Part shown: positions 57,367-64,000 of the stretch, in pieces
Numbering within the stretch: the stretch's first letter is position 1
Layout: each line of letters begins with the position of its first letter
NCBI RefSeq assembly: GCF_009914755.1
Contig: NC_060933.1
Strand: one strand, 5' to 3'
DNA from: the human T2T-CHM13v2.0 reference genome, Homo sapiens
DNA length: 64,000 nucleotides
Program-made: the position numbers and the translations under genes
The notes under the pieces: generated by a model
The model's input: only the letters and a program-made list of their open reading frames with translations
Databases searched by the model: none
What the model was told of the DNA's origin: nothing

Positions 57367-58158
57367 AGGGGTCTGAGAAGGTCTCCCAGAGAAAGTGATA
57401 CTTAGGTGAAAGGTGAAAACCAAAACTGAGTATGCCGAGTTGTATTTAGGAAAAAATTCAGTTTTGAGGCATGACAAAGATCAACACACTGCAGTGAGTG
57501 GATATTGCTTTATCAGTGTTCTAGTTTACACTGAGGAAACAAGGTTGTTCAAGAGGTTTGTTACTGGCAAAGAAATATTGCACAAACTATGTAGGAACTT
57601 GAATATCTCATGCAACCTGGAAATTTTCTCCAGCTCCTATCCCCTTAAATGCACCACAGTGCCCTCTTATGAATATAGCATTTCAGCCCTGAGGTTGAAG
57701 AGCTCCACAGAGAAATCTACCTTGATTTTGGGCTTTGAAGCCATTACAAAATAAATGTTGAGATGCTATAAATAGATCTCATTAAGGCTGGTGTATGGTT
57801 CTGTGCCTTTCTGTCATGACTGTGGTTGTAAAGGATGGTTTTAGATGTATAATTAAAGTTATTCCAGAAAGCATGATGAATCAGTCACCAATTTTATGAG
57901 AATTTCAAGAACTTGGGCATAGATCCTTCCTTTGCCTTCTTCCTGCTGCCAATCCACTGAAATTTATTTTTTCTTGAATATTTTCCAGCTGAATCTTGAT
58001 GAAGATTCTACACATTGTCCAACACACTCACTGCAGTGTGTTGATCTTTGTCATGCCTCAAAACTGAATTTTTTCCTAAATATAACTAGGCATACTCAGT
58101 TTTGGTTTTCACCTTTCACCTAAGTATCACTTTCTCTAGGAGACCTTCTCAGACCCCT
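57367..58158. repeat. 134-bp near-perfect inverted repeat (arms 57367-57500 and 58025-58158; 524-bp spacer)
   Basis: Manual alignment of the left arm to the reverse complement of the right arm gives 131/134 identities and no indels. Confidence 0.97.
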
Positions 58159-60450
58159 CGTACTTTTATAGCCAGGTTGCTGTGTCAAAGTGCTCCTCCC
58201 TTCTTGTAGAGTAATTGTTTAACTTCTGCCATGAACTTGTGGAGACCTGATTCAATAATGATTAATCCTAATCTTCTAAGTTGACATCTTCCCTACAAAT
58301 TTAGCCATTCCCAAATAAAATCTTATGTGACTAGTGAAAGAAGACTCTCCCTGTGCCTCTCCTATAAATAGTAAAAGTCCAAAAGAGCAAAGGAAAATAT
58401 TTCTTGGTAAATATGAAATGCAAATTACTTTTGGTTTTATGTCTGTCTGTGGATTATTATAATACATAACACCTATTATCTTTTCTATTTACATCTCTCC
58501 ACCTTATCTATGCATTTTTAACACTCTGGATGGGCAGTGACCAGTATTTCCCATTTCGTGTGTCAGGGTGGTTATAAGTGCCTGTATCATATTACACCGC
58601 CCAAACTGTGGACTTTCTGTTCAGAGGGACAAGCAAGCATAATGATATCCATCTGGGAGGGAGCTTAAAATAGTGCCCATGCGTCATTTTGCAGTTAGGA
58701 ATCTGGATATGGCTAATGGGGTGTTATCAATCAGGAGATAAAATTAAAATCCTACGTTAGGAACCGCTCCTGCCAGAAAGAGTGGATTTTGTAACAGCTG
58801 TTTTCTATTAGACACTATTGTGTTCTTTAGCAGCAAATTATATAGATTGGAAACGTACGGCTAACAGTTTCTCCAAGTGAGGTTGTAAATGAGCCTGTTG
58901 TCCTCTGAACAAAGATATTGCAGGGCAAGAAGAGGAAGCTCTGAGCACAGCCTTGGTGGACTTAGTGGGGCAGTTTTCTCCTCCCCTTGGAGACTAAATA
59001 GCTCCCTCAGAGGGAATAAATATATTTTTTGCTATTCTAGTGTGGGGAAGCGACCTTTTGAACTCTGAAAGAGATGGTATTAAAGCTTTTACTTGTCTAG
59101 TGTCTCCTAACAGCCTGCTTTTGATTGGTTCCAGAATTCATTAAATCTAAAGAGGGAAAAAATTAGCTGGGGGTTGGGTAGAGGGAGGAGAAGGAGAGGA
59201 AGCATGGTACTCAGCAAGCACCAAGTGTCTCAGCTCCAAATGAAGATAAGTTGTTTGAAATGAACAGCTAAGAGCCAGTCCGTGCATTCTCCTGCGTATT
59301 GCGGCTCAGTAAATTAAACTTAGTATGCTCAAAGGCTGGCTCCATACTGATGTTCTTGCCTTATGGAAAATAACATGCTCCCTCCTGCTTTTTTTTCTGT
59401 CTCTAACAGATGACAGTAATAATGAGGACTAAAATCACTCAAGTCAGCGTATGAAAGGAAACTGTCTATTTTTAAAAAAATAAAAAGACATCTCTTGGTA
59501 CCATCTGCTGAGGTACAATAATGTTTTGTAACAGGTTTTGGAAAGCACATTAAAAGGCTTCATCTGTGCTTGTCCTTTCCAGTTAGTCAAGATATAGTTG
59601 TGTCTTTCCTGTCTGATGTGGATTCTTGAATCATGTAATTATTGCTAATTTATCTCTAAAATTAAGCGTCTCAAATACAATTTTAATTGGGATTTCATTA
59701 GGTACTTATTATATCATGTGTCAGATGATAGTTGATTATTCTGAGCATGGGTAGAAAATCTGAAAAATATAGTGGGAGAATGATGGGTACTTCTGAAAGC
59801 TGATGGTGCTCAATAAATATGTCTTAAAAATAATCAGTTGATATATAATTAACGTAAGTAATTACTGCAATTAAACTCTATTTATGGAATCTTGCTGTGT
59901 TGTTTCCCATCGTAAGCTTAAACATGATTGTTGTTCTTTTGCTCAAATAAAATTAATGTAATAAGAGAAAAACATAATAAATATAGGCCTGCATAACAGA
60001 GAGATGAAACGTTTTCTTTTTATTAGAGAGAGATGGCATAAAGGAAAAGGTGTATGAGGCTTTAAAAATATTCTCTTTACCTAAATGAATTAGGAACATG
60101 CAATGCAGAGTGTGAAGCAACAGGACTAGTAGGTAGGGTAAAGGTGTGTGGAGCTGGGTGAGGGAAGAAGAGAGTGCTCATCTGAATGACCCAACACTGA
60201 GAAACTAGGACGGTGATTCTGGCCACAGATTCCTTCAGCATGTGGTTGTATTTTAATTTGTGTCTATATCCTCAGTACTTAGGGCAGTGGCTGGCTATAG
60301 TAAGTATTAGAAAAATACATGTTGCATGATTAAGATTGGGTCAAGTGACAATTAACATGAATGGTTTACAGGAGGATGATAGAAAAACAAATTAAGGGAA
60401 AAAAATCAACAGACTCAAGTAAATGTGTTCCCTTGATCAAAATAAGCATT

Positions 60451-63400
60451 CCTGACTTCTGAGAAAGAAGGGATAACAGGCATCAGATTTTCCCTCCCAC
60501 CTGAATCAGCTTAACAAAATAACAGATGAAATATATGGAACAATGGTTTCAAGATACTGAACATCAAGCAATAAAAGACAATTTCCTAAGAGATGGGAAG
60601 CAGATGAAAAGAGCCATATGATTACCCTAGCCTATTGCCTGGAGAGAGTTTCCAGATTGTAGCATGTGAGGGGGAACTCATGTGGAGTTGTTTTCCTGAG
60701 TTAAGGAGACAAAGCTGGGAATCTGGGGAGATGAAAGTAGCTAGAGTTTGTCAGGCAAGGGACCATAGAGGAGAGATCTGCATAGAGAAAGAACTTTAGA
60801 GATCTGCAGAGGTCTCCCTTGAAGCTTTAGCTGAATAATGATCAGTACATGCTATTAGGGAAACTTCCTGACGCCATGGAAAGAACCAGCTGAGAGCATT
60901 AGAAGGAATAATCACCAGAACACACACAGGCTGGGAATAGTTCCTGTTCTTACCAGCTAGAGTAGAACAGCTGACAGGAGAAAGTCATCAGGTGGAGTGT
61001 TCAGAAGACTTTAAACTCAGTAATGTGACAAAATTAGCTGTAGCCTAAAACATTGCCCTGTTCCCACCTACCAAAGCTTAAAAGAAAGACACAAAAGGAA
61101 CAAATTATTTCCAATCAACTGTGTTTCAGACCAAAGCTCAAGAATATGTATAGGGATATACAGTCATCTAGCACCTAAGAATGTAAAATTCACAATGTTT
61201 GGCTTTCAATTAAAAGTTACTGAACATGCAAAGAAGCAGGAAAATTGATCCATAAGGAATAGAAAAATCAGTCAAGAAGCCCAACTTCTTTATTGTAGAA
61301 TGAGGAGGGAGGCAAGTCCTCTTTCCCCAAAACATGGCCCTTGAAATCAATCAAAGTAAAAAACAAATTGAAAAGCATTTGCTTATGAAAAACTACTGAA
61401 CTCCAGATAAAAACATTGGGAATCTATCACGTTATTGACTGGACCTTATTCCCTTCTTGCCAGCTTGATTAGTAGGGTAGTTCTACTGTGTGTGGCAAGC
61501 TATGAAAGCCAGAAGCGTTGTTGCCAGAACAGATTCACTTGATTTTGTACAAAATATGAAAAACTCACTTTCAAAAGCATTCTCAGTAAAAGTACTGATC
61601 TTGGAAGCAAGCATATCAGGAAAGCTAGCAACTTCTCATCTGAGCTGTCAACCCAGTTTGAGCAAGCACCAGACCAACGAGCCAATTAGAAATAAAACAG
61701 GGAGATCCTAGCTATAAGACAGACTTAGAGGGGATGGATACTTTTTCTGTACCTTCTTCTAACTACATTGTATATGTAGATGGGAGACCATCAAGAGCTC
61801 AATCTGTCTACGTATCCTTGGCTAATTGGGAGGCTATATACCTGTAGAGTTGATCCACAAGAACCCAGCAGAAAATAAATGCTGGAGCAAGACTGAAAGT
61901 TCTTAAACTTTGAATGAACCCACACACAGATCCAGTGATTAACAGTATAAGGTTTATTGGTTCAAAGAGTTTGATTAAAACCACTGATGAATCATTGGCT
62001 GACTATTAAGCTAAACAGACACAGGGATGACCTCAAGAAAGCCAAGCTTAAAAATAAAAACAAGACTTAAATTACTGAGCAGACACACCAGGGGCCACAT
62101 GTCATAGGGGAAACAATTCTACAGATTTACAGTGATAAGTTTCTAAAACAAAAACACAGCAACTCTAACTCTTGGGGAAAATATAAGAATCTAGAATTAC
62201 TATAATATATTATCTAAAATATCAAATTTTCAATAAAAATAATAAAACATACAAAGCAACAGGACAAGGCAAAACATACCTAGGGGAAAAAAGCAGTCAA
62301 CAGAAACCGAGTGGGTCCAGATTTTGGATTTAACAGAGAAGGATTTCAAAGAAGCTATTTTAAATGTGTTCAAAGAACTAAAGGAAGCCATGTTTTAACA
62401 ACTAAAGGAGAAGTATGATGACAACTACTTAGCAATTAGAGTATATTAATAAAGAGAGATACAAAGTGTCAAAAATAAATATATGGAAAATTCTGGAGTT
62501 GAAAGTACAATAAAGAAAGATTTATTGAAGGAGCTCAGTAGAAGATTTGAAAAAAAAAAACAAACCAGAAAACTTCAAATAAATCAGTTGAAATTATCTA
62601 GTTTGAAGAATGGAGAGAATAAAGATTGAAGAATAATGAACAGAGCCTTGGAGACCTCTAGGTCAATAGCAAGTTTATCAGTATACATGTAATGGAATTC
62701 TCAGATGGATAAGAGAGAAAGAATGAAATAGAACATTTTTAGGAGTAATGACAGAAAACTTCCAAAATGTAATGAAAAACATGACTCTACAGATTCAAGA
62801 ATCTCAACAAACCCCAAGTAGGATAAATAGAAAGATTCACACATAGTCATGTCATAGTCAAACTGAAACATGAAGATAGAAGGAGTCTTGAAAGCAGCAA
62901 GAACAAAAATACTCACCAAGTACAGGAGAACCTCAATAAGATTAACAATTAATTTCTTATCAGAAATAATGAATGACAGAAGGCAGCAAAATACATATTC
63001 AAAATGCTGAAAGAAAATAAAATAACTCTCAACTAAGAATTCTCTATTCTAGGAAAACTTTTTCAGAAATGAAAGTGAAAAAAGACATTCTCACATAAAC
63101 AAAGGCTGAAATAATTTTTTACTAACAGATTTGTCTTACAAGAAATACTAAAGAAAATCTTTTAGTCTGAAAATCACTAGATAGCAACTGAAATTCATGT
63201 ATTTATTTACAAGAATAAAGAGCACTGGAAATAGCTAAATATATGGATAAATATAAAAGATTACATAAATATTTTTCTCTTAAATTTTTAAAAAGGTGTT
63301 ATAATATATAAAGGTATTATAATATATAAATTATATATAATATATAAATATATAAGATATTATATATATAATAATTGTAACTATTGTTGAGTTTATAACA

Positions 63401-63560
63401 TAGATGTAATATATATTACAATAATGGCACAAAGAGAGGATACAGGACAGTTTCTATATTTTACCAGAATTAAGCTGGTTTAAGTTTCAAATAGATTATG
63501 ATTACTTAAAATGCATATTGTAATCCTTACATTAGTCACTAAGAAAGTAACTGAAATTAT
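60451..63560 (+). mobile_element. Old L1M (L1MC/ME-type) 5'UTR and ORF1 region, heavily decayed
   Basis: ORF1-like A-rich tract 'gaaattatctagtttgaagaatggagagaataaagattgaag...cagattcaagaatctcaacaaaccccaagtaggataaat...cttgaaagcagcaaga...cttatcagaaataatgaatgacagaaggcag'. Confidence 0.7.
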
Positions 63561-63579
63561 ATAGTAAAAATATTAACTG

Positions 63580-63876
63580 AGGGACTTCTGCAAAAGATGG
63601 AGAGACAGGGACTACATTTACTCTACTGCCTAAAATAACCAAGAAAAAACCCACTCAGACAAAATATGTGAAATGATGATTCTCAAGATGTAGGACACAT
63701 GAAGGAGAAATTATAAGGGAATATGAGAAACTTTTAAGAATAATGGATATGTTAATTACCCTGCTTGTCATGATTGTTTCACATGTATGTACATATTCCC
63801 AATCTTATCAAACTGTACACTTTAAATACATGGCATATATTATCTGTCAATAATATCTAAATAAAACTGTTGAAAC
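63580..63876 (+). mobile_element. Old L1M fragments: 5'-end-like head followed by an L1M 3' tail
   Basis: The head resembles 60451-60570; the tail reads 'atggatatgttaattaccctgcttgtcatgattgtttcacatgtatgtacata...cttatcaaactgtacactttaaata...aataaaactgttgaaa'. Confidence 0.6.
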
Positions 63877-64000
63877 CATTTCTGTAAATCATGGGTCCAT
63901 GAACTTAAAACATACACATGTGTAATACACAGAATTTTTTGGAAGAGGGGTTATAGAAGTAACTCATTTTAACCTGGAATTCTCTTCCTGGAATAATTCT

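Overview
This is primate (human-like), AT-rich, repeat-dense genomic DNA that looks like the interior of a large intron or a gene desert. I found no recognisable protein-coding exon. The only ORFs with real protein homology belong to a decayed RPS2 processed pseudogene (40342-41296, with TSD and poly(A) signal) and to L1 ORF1/ORF2 remnants. Main elements: a near full-length antisense L1PA16-like element (5.56-12.8 kb) that split a MIR and later received two Alus and a solo LTR12F-like LTR; other L1 pieces (L1PA15-, L1MC1-, L1PB1-like, old L1M); 17 Alus; MaLR LTRs (MLT1, THE1); DNA-transposon relics (Tigger3b, MER3, MER5, MER47, MER91, MER94, MER102, MER103); and many MIR/L2 fragments. The structure least explained by these annotations is a 134-bp, 131/134-identical inverted repeat at 57367-57500/58025-58158. 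Several smaller fold-back or template-switch scars also occur. A repeat-free block at about 24.6-28 kb holds an enhancer-like motif cluster and a well-formed, frame-symmetric 192-nt minus-strand candidate exon. Repeat subfamily names come from recalled consensus sequences and need RepeatMasker/Dfam confirmation. I could not identify the host gene or the exact species, and I see no convincing novel multi-gene system.
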